This document shows positions 11,301 through 23,200 of a stretch of DNA of 64,000 nt, one piece after another. The first letter of the stretch is position 1; each line of letters starts with the position of its first letter. The DNA is from Eledone cirrhosa (Eukaryota): NCBI GenBank assembly GCA_964016885.1, contig OZ024741.1:244156001-244220000 (forward strand), read 5' to 3'. Below the pieces are notes generated by a model that saw only the letters and a program-made list of their open reading frames with translations, ran no database searches and was not told the DNA's origin. The position numbers and the translations under genes are program-made.

Positions 11301-14300
11301 ACGATCGAAAGGGTAACTCCGCCGGCAAATACGCATTTTTGTGATTCGTTTCTTCGAAGCACACCATTCGCCGCCGGACTTCAGCTTCCTCATTTAGCAT
11401 GGGCGGTTTTTCTTGAAAATCACACCACACACAGCAAATGTGTGTCTGCACAGGTACCAGTACGTACAGATCGATCCGACCACGGGCGGCCGGCCCACAT
11501 TCGAAAAGGTTACTCCGCCTGCAAATCGTCATTTTCGGATTCGTTTTCTTCGAAGCACACCATTTGCCGGCGGACTTCAGCTGCCTCATTTAACATGGGC
11601 AGTTTTTCTTGAAGATCACACCACACACCGCCAATGAGTGTCTGCACATGTACCAGTAATTACAGATCGATCCGACCCCGGGCGGCCGGCCCACGATCGA
11701 AAAGGTAACTCCGCCGGCAAATCCGCATTTTTGTGATTCGTTTCTTCGAAGCACACCATTCGCCGCCGGACTTCAGCTTCCTCATTTAGCATGGGCAGCT
11801 TTTCTTGAAAATCACACCACACACAGAAAATGTGTGTCTGCACAGGTACCAGTAATTACAGATCGATCCGACCACGGGCGGCCGGCCCACGATCGAAAAG
11901 GTAACTCCGCCGGCAAATCCGCATTTTTGTGATTCGTTTCTTCGAAGCACACCATTCGCCGCCGGACTTCAGCTTCCTCATTTAGCATGGGCAGCTTTTC
12001 TTGAAAATCACACCACACACAGCCAATGAGTGTCTGCACATCTACCAGTAATTACAGATCGATCCGACCACGGGCGGCCGGCCCACAATCAAAAAGGTAA
12101 CTCCGCCGGCAAATTCGCATTTTTGTGATTCGTTTCTTCGAAGCACACCATTCGTTGGTGGACTTCAGCTTCCTCATTTAGCATGGGCAGCTTTTCTTGA
12201 AAATCACAGCACACTCAGCAAATGTGTGTCTGCACATGTACCAGTAATTACAGATCGATCCGCCCACGGGCGGCCGGCCCACGATCGAAAATGTAACTCC
12301 GCCGGCAAATTCGCATTTTTGTGATTCGTTTCTTCGAAGCACACCATTCGCTGGTGGACATCAGCTTCCTTATTTAGCATGGGCAGCTTTTCTTGAAAAT
12401 CAAACCACACACAGCAAATGTGTGTCTGCATATGTACCAGTAATTACAGATCGATCCGACCACGGGCGGCCGGCCCACGATCGAAAAGGTAACTCCGCCG
12501 GCAAATCCGCATTTTTGTGATTCGTTTCTTCGAAGCACACCATTCGCCGCCGGACTTCAGCTTCCTCATTTAGCATGGGCGGTTTTTCTTGAAAATCACA
12601 CCACACACAGCAAATCTGTGTCTGCACATGTACCAGTACGTACAGATCGATCCGACCACGGTAGGCCGGCCCACATTCGAAAAGGTTACTCCGCCTGCAA
12701 ATCGTCATTTTCGGATTCGTTTTCTTCGAAGCACACCATTCGCCGGCGGACTTCAGCTGCCTCATTTAACATGGGCAGTTTTTCTTGAAGATCACACCAC
12801 ACACCGCCAATGAGTGTTTGCACATGTACCAGTAATTACAGATCGATCCGACCACGGGCGGCCGGCCCACGATCGAGAAAAAGGTAACTCCGCCGGCAAA
12901 TAGTCATTTTTGTGATTCGTTTTCTTCGAAGCACACCATTCGCCGCCGGACTTCAGCTTCCTCATTTAGCATGGGCAGCTTTTCTTGAAAATCACACCAC
13001 ACACAGAAAATGTCTGTCTGCACAGGTACTAGTAATTACAGATCGATCCGAAGACGGGCGGCCGGCCCACGATCGAAAAGGTAACTCCGCCGGCAAATCC
13101 GCATTTTTGTGATTCGTTTCTTCGAAGCACACCATTCGCCGCCGGACTTCAGCTTCCTCATTTAGCATGGGCAGCTTTTCTTGAAAATCACACCACACAC
13201 AGCAAATCGGTGTCTGCACATTTACCAGTAATTACAGATCGATCCGACCACGGGCGGCCGGCCCACGATCGAAAAGGTAACTCCGCCGGCAAATCCGCAT
13301 TTTTGTGATTCGTTTCTTCGAAGCACACCATTCGCCGCCGGACTTCAGCTTCCTCATTTAGCATGGGCAGCTTTTCTTAAAAATCACACCACATTCAGCA
13401 AATGTGTGTCTGCACATGTACCAGTACGTACAGATCGATCCGACCACGGGCGGCCGGCCCACGATCGAAAAGGTAACTCCGACGGCAAATCCGCATTTTT
13501 GTGATTCGTTTCTTCGAAGCACACCATTCGCCGCCGGACTTCAGCTTCCTCATTTAGCATGGGCAGCTTTTCTTGAAAATCACACCACACACAGCAAATC
13601 TGTGTCTGCACATTTACCAGTAATTACAGATCGATCCGACCACGGGCGGCCGGCCCACGATCGAAAAGGTAACTCCGCCGGCAAATCCGCATTTTTGTGA
13701 TTCGTTTCTTCGAAGCACACCATTCGCCGCCGGACTTCAGCTTCCTCATTTAGCATGGGCAGCTTTTCTTGAAAATCACACCACACACAGCAAATGTGTG
13801 TCTGCACATTTACCAGTAATTACAGATCGATCCGACCACGGGCGGCCGGCCCACGATCGAAAAGGTAACTCCGCCGGCAAATTCGCATTTTTGTGATTCG
13901 TTTCTTCGAAGCACACCATTCGCTGGTGGACTTCAGCTTCCTCATTTAACATGGGCAGCTTTTCTTGAAAATCACACCACACTCAGCAAATCTGTGTCTG
14001 CACATGTACCAGTAATTACAGATCGATCCGCCCACGGGCGGCCGGCCCACGATCGAAAATGTAACTCCGCCGGCAAATTCGCATTTTTGTCATTCGTTTC
14101 TTCGAAGCACACCATTCGCTGGTGGACATCAGCTTCCTTATTTAGCATGGGCAGCTTTTCTTGAAGATCACACCACACACCGCCAATGAGTGTCTGCACA
14201 TGTACCAGTAATTACAGATCGATCCGACCACGGGCGGCCGGCCCACATTCGAAAAGGTTACTCCGCCTGCAAATCGTCATTTTCGGATTCGTTTTCTTCG

Positions 14301-17300
14301 AAGCACACCATTCGCCGGCGGACTTCAGCTGCCTCATTTAACATGGGCAGTTTTTCTTGAAGATCACACCACACACCGCCAATGAGTGTTTGCACATGTA
14401 CCAGTAATTACAGATCGATCCGACCACGGGCGGCCGGCCCACGATCGAGAAAATGGTAACTCCGCCGGCAAATAGTCATTTTTGTGATTCGTTTTCTTCG
14501 AAGCACACCATTCGCCGCCGGACTTCAGCTTCCTCATTTAGCATGGGCAGCTTTTCTTGAAAATCACACCACACACAGAAAATGTCTGTCTGCACAGGTA
14601 CTAGTAATTACAGATCGATCCGAAGACGGGCGGCCGGCCCACGATCGAAAAGGTAACTCCGCCGGCAAATCCGCATTTTTGTGATTCGTTTCTTCGAAGC
14701 ACACCATTCGCCGCCGGACTTCAGCTTCCTCATTTAGCATGGGCAGCTTTTCTTGAAAATCACACCACACACAGCAAATCGGTGTCTGCACATTTACCAG
14801 TAATTACAGATCGATCCGACCACGGGCGGCCGGCCCACGATCGAAAAGGTAACTCCGCCGGCAAATCCGCATTTTTGTGATTCGTTTCTTCGAAGCACAC
14901 CATTCGCCGCCGGACTTCAGCTTCCTCATTTAGCATGGGCAGCTTTTCTTAAAAATCACACCACATTCAGCAAATGTGTGTCTGCACATGTACCAGTACG
15001 TACAGATCGATCCGACCACGGGCGGCCGGCCCACGATCGAAAAGGTAACTCCGACGGCAAATCCGCATTTTTGTGATTCGTTTCTTCGAAGCACACCATT
15101 CGCCGCCGGACTTCAGCTTCCTCATTTAGCATGGGCAGCTTTTCTTGAAAATCACACCACACACAGCAAATCTGTGTCTGCACATTTACCAGTAATTACA
15201 GATCGATCCGACCACGGGCGGCCGGCCCACGATCGAAAAGGTAACTCCGCCGGCAAATCCGCATTTTTGTGATTCGTTTCTTCGAAGCACACCATTCGCC
15301 GCCGGACTTCAGCTTCCTCATTTAGCATGGGCAGCTTTTCTTGAAAATCACACCACACACAGCAAATGTGTGTCTGCACATTTACCAGTAATTACAGATC
15401 GATCCGACCACGGGCGGCCGGCCCACGATCGAAAAGGTAACTCCGCCGGCAAATTCGCATTTTTGTGATTCGTTTCTTCGAAGCACACCATTCGCTGGTG
15501 GACTTCAGCTTCCTCATTTAACATGGGCAGCTTTTCTTGAAAATCACACCACACTCAGCAAATCTGTGTCTGCACATGTACCAGTAATTACAGATCGATC
15601 CGCCCACGGGCGGCCGGCCCACGATCGAAAATGTAACTCCGCCGGCAAATTCGCATTTTTGTCATTCGTTTCTTCGAAGCACACCATTCGCTGGTGGACA
15701 TCAGCTTCCTTATTTAGCATGGGCAGCTTTTCTTGAAGATCACACCACACACCGCCAATGAGTGTCTGCACATGTACCAGTAATTACAGATCGATCCGAC
15801 CACGGGCGGCCGGCCCACGATCGAGAAAAAGGTAACTCCGCCGGCAAATAGTCATTTTTGTGATTCGTTTTCTTCGAAGCACACCATTCGCCGCCGGACT
15901 TCAGCTTCCTCATTTAGCATGGGCAGCTTTTCTTGAAAATCACACCACACACAGAAAATGTGTGTCTGCACTGGTACCAGTAATTACAGATCGATCCGAC
16001 TACGGGCGGCCGGCCCACGATCGAAAAGGTAACTCCGCCGGCAAATCCGCATTTTTGTGATTCGTTTCTTCGAAGCACACCATTCGCCGCCGGACTTCAG
16101 CTTCCTCATTTAGCATGGGCAGCTTTTCTTGAAAATCACACCACACACAGCAAATGTCTGTTTGCACATTTACCAGTAATTACAGATCGATTCGACCACG
16201 GGCGGCCGGCCCACGATCGAAAAGGTAACTCCGCCGGCAAATTCGCATTTTTGTGATTCGTTTCTTCGAAGCACACCATTCGCTGGTGGACTTCAGCTTC
16301 CTCATTTAACATGGGCAGCTTTTCTTGAAAATCACACCACACTCAGCAAATGTGTGTCTGCACATTTACCAGTAATTACAGATCGATCCGCCCACGGGCG
16401 GCCGGCCCACGATCGAAAATGTAACTCCGCCGGCAAATTCGCATTTTTGTCATTCGTTTCTTCGAAGCACACCATTCGCTGGTGGACATCAGCTTCCTTA
16501 TTTAGCATGGGCAGCTTTTCTTGAAAATCACACCACACACAGCAAATGTGTGTCTGCACATTTACCAGTAATTACCGATCGATCCGACCACGGGCGGCCG
16601 GCCCACGATCGAAAAGGTAATTCCGCCGGCAAATCCGCATTTTTGTGATTCGTTTCTTCGAAGCACACCATTCGCCGCCGGACTTCAGCTTCCTCATTTA
16701 GCATGGGCGGTTTTTCTTGAAAATCACACCACACACAGCAAATGTGTGTCTGCACATGTACCAGTACGTACAGATCGATCCGACCACGGGCGGCCGGCCC
16801 ACATTCGAAAAGGTTACTCCGCCTGCAAATCGTCATTTTCGGATTCGTTTTCTTCGAAGCACACCATTCGCCGGCGGACTTCAGCTGCCTCATTTAACAT
16901 GGGCAGTTTTTCTTGAAGATCACACCACACACCGCCAATGAGTGTTCGCATATGTACCAGTAATTACAGATCGATCCGACCACGGGCGGCCGGCCCACGA
17001 TCGAGAAAAAGGTAACTCCGCCGGCAAATAGTCATTTTTGTGATTCGTTTTCTTCGAAGCACACCATTCGCCGCCGGACTTCAGCTTCCTCATTTAGCAT
17101 GGGCAGCTTTTCTTGAAAATCACACCACACACAGCAAATGTGTGTCTGCACTGGTACCAGTAATTACAGATCGATCCGACCACGGGCGGCCGGCCCACGA
17201 TCGAAAAGGTAACTCCGCCGGCAAATCCGCATTTTTGTGATTCGTTTCTTCGAAGCACACCATTCGCCGCCGGACTTCAGCTTCTTCATTTAGCATGGGC

Positions 17301-17907
17301 AGCTTTTCTTGAAAATCACACCACACACAGCCAATGAGTGTCTGCACATCTACCAGTAATTACAGATCGATCCGACCACGGGCGGCCGGCCCACAATCGA
17401 AAAGGTAACTCCGCCGGCAAATTCGCATTTTTGTGATTCGTTTCTTCGAAGCACACCATTCGCTGGTGGACTTCAGCTTCCTCATTTAGCATGGGCAGCT
17501 TTTCTTGAAAATCACACCACACACAGCAAATGTGTGTCTGCACATGTAACAGTACGTACAGATCGATCCGACCACGGGCGGCTGGACCACATTCGAAAAG
17601 GTTACTCCGCCTGCAAATCGTCATTTTCGGATTCGTTTTCTTCGAAACACACCATTCGCCGGCGGACTTCAGCTGCCTCATTTAACATGGGCAGTTTTTC
17701 TTGAAGATCACACCACACACAGCCAATGAGTGTTTGCACATGTACCAGTAATTACAGATCGATCCGACCACGGGCGGCCGGCCCACGATCGAAAAAAAGG
17801 TAACTCCGCCTGCAAATAGTCATTTTTGTGATTCGTTTTCTTCGAAGCACACCATTCGCCGCCGGACTTCAGCTGCCTCATTTAACATGGGCAGTTTTTC
17901 TTGAAGA
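5328..17907 (+). repeat. Higher-order tandem duplication of a 28-monomer (5504-bp) unit; the second copy contains an internal 8-mer duplication
   Basis: Same subtype order at offset 5504 (5720/11224, 6896/12400, 7488/12992, 8468/13972), then at offset 7076 = 5504 + 1572 (9060/16136, 9452/16528, 10240/17316). Confidence 0.88.
12669..15812 (+). repeat. Tandem duplication of 8 monomers (1572 bp)
   Basis: Offset 1572 (12992/14564, 13384/14956, 13972/15544). Shared private SNP CCGACGG at 13482/15054. Confidence 0.9.
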
Positions 17908-20290
17908 TCACACCACACACAGCAAATCTGTGTCTGCACATGTACCAGTAATTACAGATCGATCCGCCCACGGGCGGCCGGCCCACGATCGAAAATGTAA
18001 CTCCGCCGGCAAATTCGCATTTTTGTCATTCGTTTCTTCGAAGCACACCATTCGCTGGTGGACATCAGCTTCCTTATTTAGCATGGGCAGCTTTTCTTGA
18101 AGATCACACCACACACCGCCAATGAGTGTCTGCACATGTACCAGTAATTACAGATCGATCCGACCACGGGCGGCCGGCCCACGATCGAGAAAAAGGTAAC
18201 TCCGCCGGCAAATAGTCATTTTTGTGATTCGTTTTCTTCGAAGCACACCATTCGCCGCCGGACTTCAGCTTCCTCATTTAGCATGGGCAGCTTTTCTTGA
18301 AAATCACACCACACACAGAAAATGTGTGTCTGCACTGGTACCAGTAATTACAGATCGATCCGACTACGGGCGGCCGGCCCACGATCGAAAAGGTAACTCC
18401 GCCGGCAAATCCGCATTTTTGTGATTCGTTTCTTCGAAGCACACCATTCGCCGCCGGACTTCAGCTTCCTCATTTAGCATGGGCAGCTTTTCTTGAAAAT
18501 CACACCACACACAGCAAATGTCTGTTTGCACATTTACCAGTAATTACAGATCGATTCGACCACGGGCGGCCGGCCCACGATCGAAAAGGTAACTCCGCCG
18601 GCAAATTCGCATTTTTGTGATTCGTTTCTTCGAAGCACACCATTCGCTGGTGGACTTCAGCTTCCTCATTTAACATGGGCAGCTTTTCTTGAAAATCACA
18701 CCACACTCAGCAAATGTGTGTCTGCACATTTACCAGTAATTACAGATCGATCCGCCCACGGGCGGCCGGCCCACGATCGAAAATGTAACTCCGCCGGCAA
18801 ATTCGCATTTTTGTCATTCGTTTCTTCGAAGCACACCATTCGCTGGTGGACATCAGCTTCCTTATTTAGCATGGGCAGCTTTTCTTGAAAATCACACCAC
18901 ACACAGCAAATGTGTGTCTGCACATTTACCAGTAATTACCGATCGATCCGACCACGGGCGGCCGGCCCACGATCGAAAAGGTAATTCCGCCGGCAAATCC
19001 GCATTTTTGTGATTCGTTTCTTCGAAGCACACCATTCGCCGCCGGACTTCAGCTTCCTCATTTAGCATGGGCGGTTTTTCTTGAAAATCACACCACACAC
19101 AGCAAATGTGTGTCTGCACATGTACCAGTACGTACAGATCGATCCGACCACGGGCGGCCGGCCCACATTCGAAAAGGTTACTCCGCCTGCAAATCGTCAT
19201 TTTCGGATTCGTTTTCTTCGAAGCACACCATTCGCCGGCGGACTTCAGCTGCCTCATTTAACATGGGCAGTTTTTCTTGAAGATCACACCACACACCGCC
19301 AATGAGTGTTCGCATATGTACCAGTAATTACAGATCGATCCGACCACGGGCGGCCGGCCCACGATCGAGAAAAAGGTAACTCCGCCGGCAAATAGTCATT
19401 TTTGTGATTCGTTTTCTTCGAAGCACACCATTCGCCGCCGGACTTCAGCTTCCTCATTTAGCATGGGCAGCTTTTCTTGAAAATCACACCACACACAGCA
19501 AATGTGTGTCTGCACTGGTACCAGTAATTACAGATCGATCCGACCACGGGCGGCCGGCCCACGATCGAAAAGGTAACTCCGCCGGCAAATCCGCATTTTT
19601 GTGATTCGTTTCTTCGAAGCACACCATTCGCCGCCGGACTTCAGCTTCTTCATTTAGCATGGGCAGCTTTTCTTGAAAATCACACCACACACAGCCAATG
19701 AGTGTCTGCACATCTACCAGTAATTACAGATCGATCCGACCACGGGCGGCCGGCCCACAATCGAAAAGGTAACTCCGCCGGCAAATTCGCATTTTTGTGA
19801 TTCGTTTCTTCGAAGCACACCATTCGCTGGTGGACTTCAGCTTCCTCATTTAGCATGGGCAGCTTTTCTTGAAAATCACACCACACACAGCAAATGTGTG
19901 TCTGCACATGTAACAGTACGTACAGATCGATCCGACCACGGGCGGCTGGACCACATTCGAAAAGGTTACTCCGCCTGCAAATCGTCATTTTCGGATTCGT
20001 TTTCTTCGAAACACACCATTCGCCGGCGGACTTCAGCTGCCTCATTTAACATGGGCAGTTTTTCTTGAAGATCACACCACACACAGCCAATGAGTGTTTG
20101 CACATGTACCAGTAATTACAGATCGATCCGACCACGGGCGGCCGGCCCACGATCGAAAAAAAGGTAACTCCGCCTGCAAATAGTCATTTTTGTGATTCGT
20201 TTTCTTCGAAGCACACCATTCGCCGCCGGACTTCAGCTGCCTCATTTAACATGGGCAGTTTTTCTTGAAGATCACACCACACACAGCAAA
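15556..20290 (+). repeat. Tandem duplication of 12 monomers (2364 bp)
   Basis: Offset 2364 (16136/18500, 16528/18892, 17316/19680). Shared T variants at 16162/18526, 17285/19649 and 17583/19947. Confidence 0.92.
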
Positions 20291-23200
20291 TGTGTGTCTG
20301 CACATGTACCAGTAATTACAGATCGATCCGACAACGGGCGGCCGGCCCACGATCGAAAAGGTAACTCCGCCGGCAAATTCGCATTTTTGTGATTCGTTTC
20401 TTCGAAGCACACCATTCGCTGGTGGACTTCAGCTTCCTCATTTAGCACGGGCAGCTTTTCTTGAAAATCACACCACACACAGCTAATGTGTGTCTGCACA
20501 TGTACCAGTACGTACAGATCGATCCGACTACGGGCGGCCGGCCCACATTCGAAAAGGTTACTCCGCCTGCAAATCGTCATTTTCGGATTCGTTTTCTTCG
20601 AAGCACACCATTCGCCGGCGGCCTTCAGCTGCCTCATTTAACATGGGCAGTTTTTCTTGAAGATCACACCACACACCGCCAATGAGTGTTTGCACATGTA
20701 CCAGTAATTACAGATCGATCCGACCACGGGCGGCCGGCCCACGATCGAGAAAAAGGTAACTCCGCCGGCAAATAGTCATTTTTGTGATTCGTTTTCTTCG
20801 AAGCACACCATTCGCCGCCGGACTTCAGCTTCCTCATTTAGCATGGGCAGCTTTTCTTAAAAATCACACCACACTCAGCAAATGTGTGTCTGCACATGTA
20901 CCAGTAATTACAGATCGATCCGACCACGGGCGGCCTGCCCACGATCGAAAAGGTAACTCCGCCGGCAAATTCGCATTTTTGTGATTCGTTTCTTCGAAGC
21001 ACACCATTCGCTGGTGGACTTCAGCTTCCTCATTTAACATGGGCAGCTTTTCTTGAAAATCACAGCACACTCAGCAAATGTGTGTCTGCACATGTACCAG
21101 TAATTACAGATCGATCCGCCCACGGGCGGCCGGCCCACGATCGAAGATGTAACTCCGCCGGCAAATTCGAATTTTTGTGATTCGTTTCTTCGAAGCACAC
21201 CATTCGCTGGTGGACATCAGCTTCCTTATTTAGCATGGGCAGCTTTTCTTGAAAATCAAACCACACACAGCAGATGTGTGTTTGCACATGTACCAGTAAT
21301 TACAGATCGATCCGACCACGGGCGGCCGGCCCACGATCGAAAAGGTAACTCCGCCGGCAAATCCGCATTTTTGTGATTCGTTTCTTCGAAGCACACCATT
21401 CGCCGCCGGACTTCAGCTTCTTCATTTAGCATGGGCGGTTTTTCTTGAAAATCACACCACACACAGCAAATGTGTGTCTGCACATGGACCAGTACGTACA
21501 GATCGATCCGACCACGGGCGGCCGGCCCACATTCGAAAAGGTTACTCCGCCTGCAAATCGTCATTTTCGGATTCGTTTTCTTCGAAGCACACCATTCGCC
21601 GGCGGACTTCAGCTGCCTCATTTAACATGGGCAGTTTTTCTTGAAGATCACACCACACACCGCCAATGAGTGTTTGCACATGTACCAGTAATTACAGATC
21701 GATCCGACCACGGGCGGCCGGCCCACGATCGAGAAAAAGGTAACTCCGCCGGCAAATAGTCATTTTTGTGATTCGTTTTCTTCGAAGCACACCATTCGCC
21801 GCCGGACTTCAGCTTCCTCATTTAGCATGGGCAGCTTTTCTTGAAAATCACACCACACACAGCAAATCTGTGTCTGCACATTTACCAGTAATTACAGATC
21901 GATCCGACCACGGGCGGCCGGCCCACGATCGAAAAGGTAACTCCGCCGGCAAATCCGCATTTTTGTGATTCGTTTCTTCGAAGCACACCATTCGCTGGTG
22001 GACTTCAGCTTCCTCATTTAACATGGGCAGCTTTTCTTGAAAATCACACCACACTCAGCAAATCTGTGTCTGCACATGTACCAGTAATTACAGATCGATC
22101 CGCCCACGGGCGGCCGGCCCACGATCGAAAATGTAACTCCGCCGGCAAATTCGCATTTTTGTCATTCGTTTCTTCGAAGCACACCATTCGCTGGTGGACA
22201 TCAGCTTCCTTATTTAGCATGGGCAGCTTTTCTTGAAAATCAAACCACACACAGCAAATGTGTGTCTGCACATGTACCAGTAATTACAGATCGATCCAAC
22301 CACGGGCGGCCGGCCCACGATCGAGAAAAAGGTAACTCCGCCGGCAAATAGTCATTTTTGTGATTCGTTTTCTTCGAAGCACACCATTAGCCGCCGGACT
22401 TCAGCTTCCTCATTTAGCATGGGCAGCTTTTCTTGAAAATCACACCACACACAGAGAATGTGTGTCTGCACAGGTACCAGTAATTACAGATCGATCCGAC
22501 CACGGGCGGCCGGCCCACGATCGAAAAGGTAACTCCGCCGGCAAATCCGCATTTTTGTGATTCGTTTCTTCGAAGCACACCATTCGCCGCCGGACTTCAG
22601 CTTCCTCATTTAGCATGGGCAGCTTTTCTTGAAAATCACACTACACACATCAAATCTGTGTCTGCACATTTACCAGTAATTACAGATCGATCCGACCACG
22701 GGCGGCCGGCCCACGATCGAAAAGGTAACTCCACCGGCAAATCCGCATTTTTGTGATTCGTTTCTTCGAAGCACACCATTCGCCGCCGGACTTCAGCTTC
22801 CTCATTTAGCATGGGCAGCTTTTCTTGAAAATCACACCACACACAGGAAATGTGTGTCTGCACAGGTACCAGTAATTACAGATCGATCCGACCACGGGCG
22901 GCCGGGCCACGATCGAAAAGGTAACTCCGCCGGCAAATCCGCATTTTTGTGATTCGTTTCTTCGAAGCACACCATTCGCCGCCGGACTTCAGCTTCCCCA
23001 TTTAGCATGGGCAGCTTTTCTTGAAAATCACACCACACACAGCAAATCTGTGTCTGCACATTTACCAGTAATTACAGATCGATCCGACCACGGGCGGCCG
23101 GCCCACGATCGAAAAGGTAACTCCGCCGGCAAATTCGCATTTTTGTGATTCGTTTCTTCGAAGCACACCATTCGCTGGTGGACTTTAGCTTCCTCATTTA

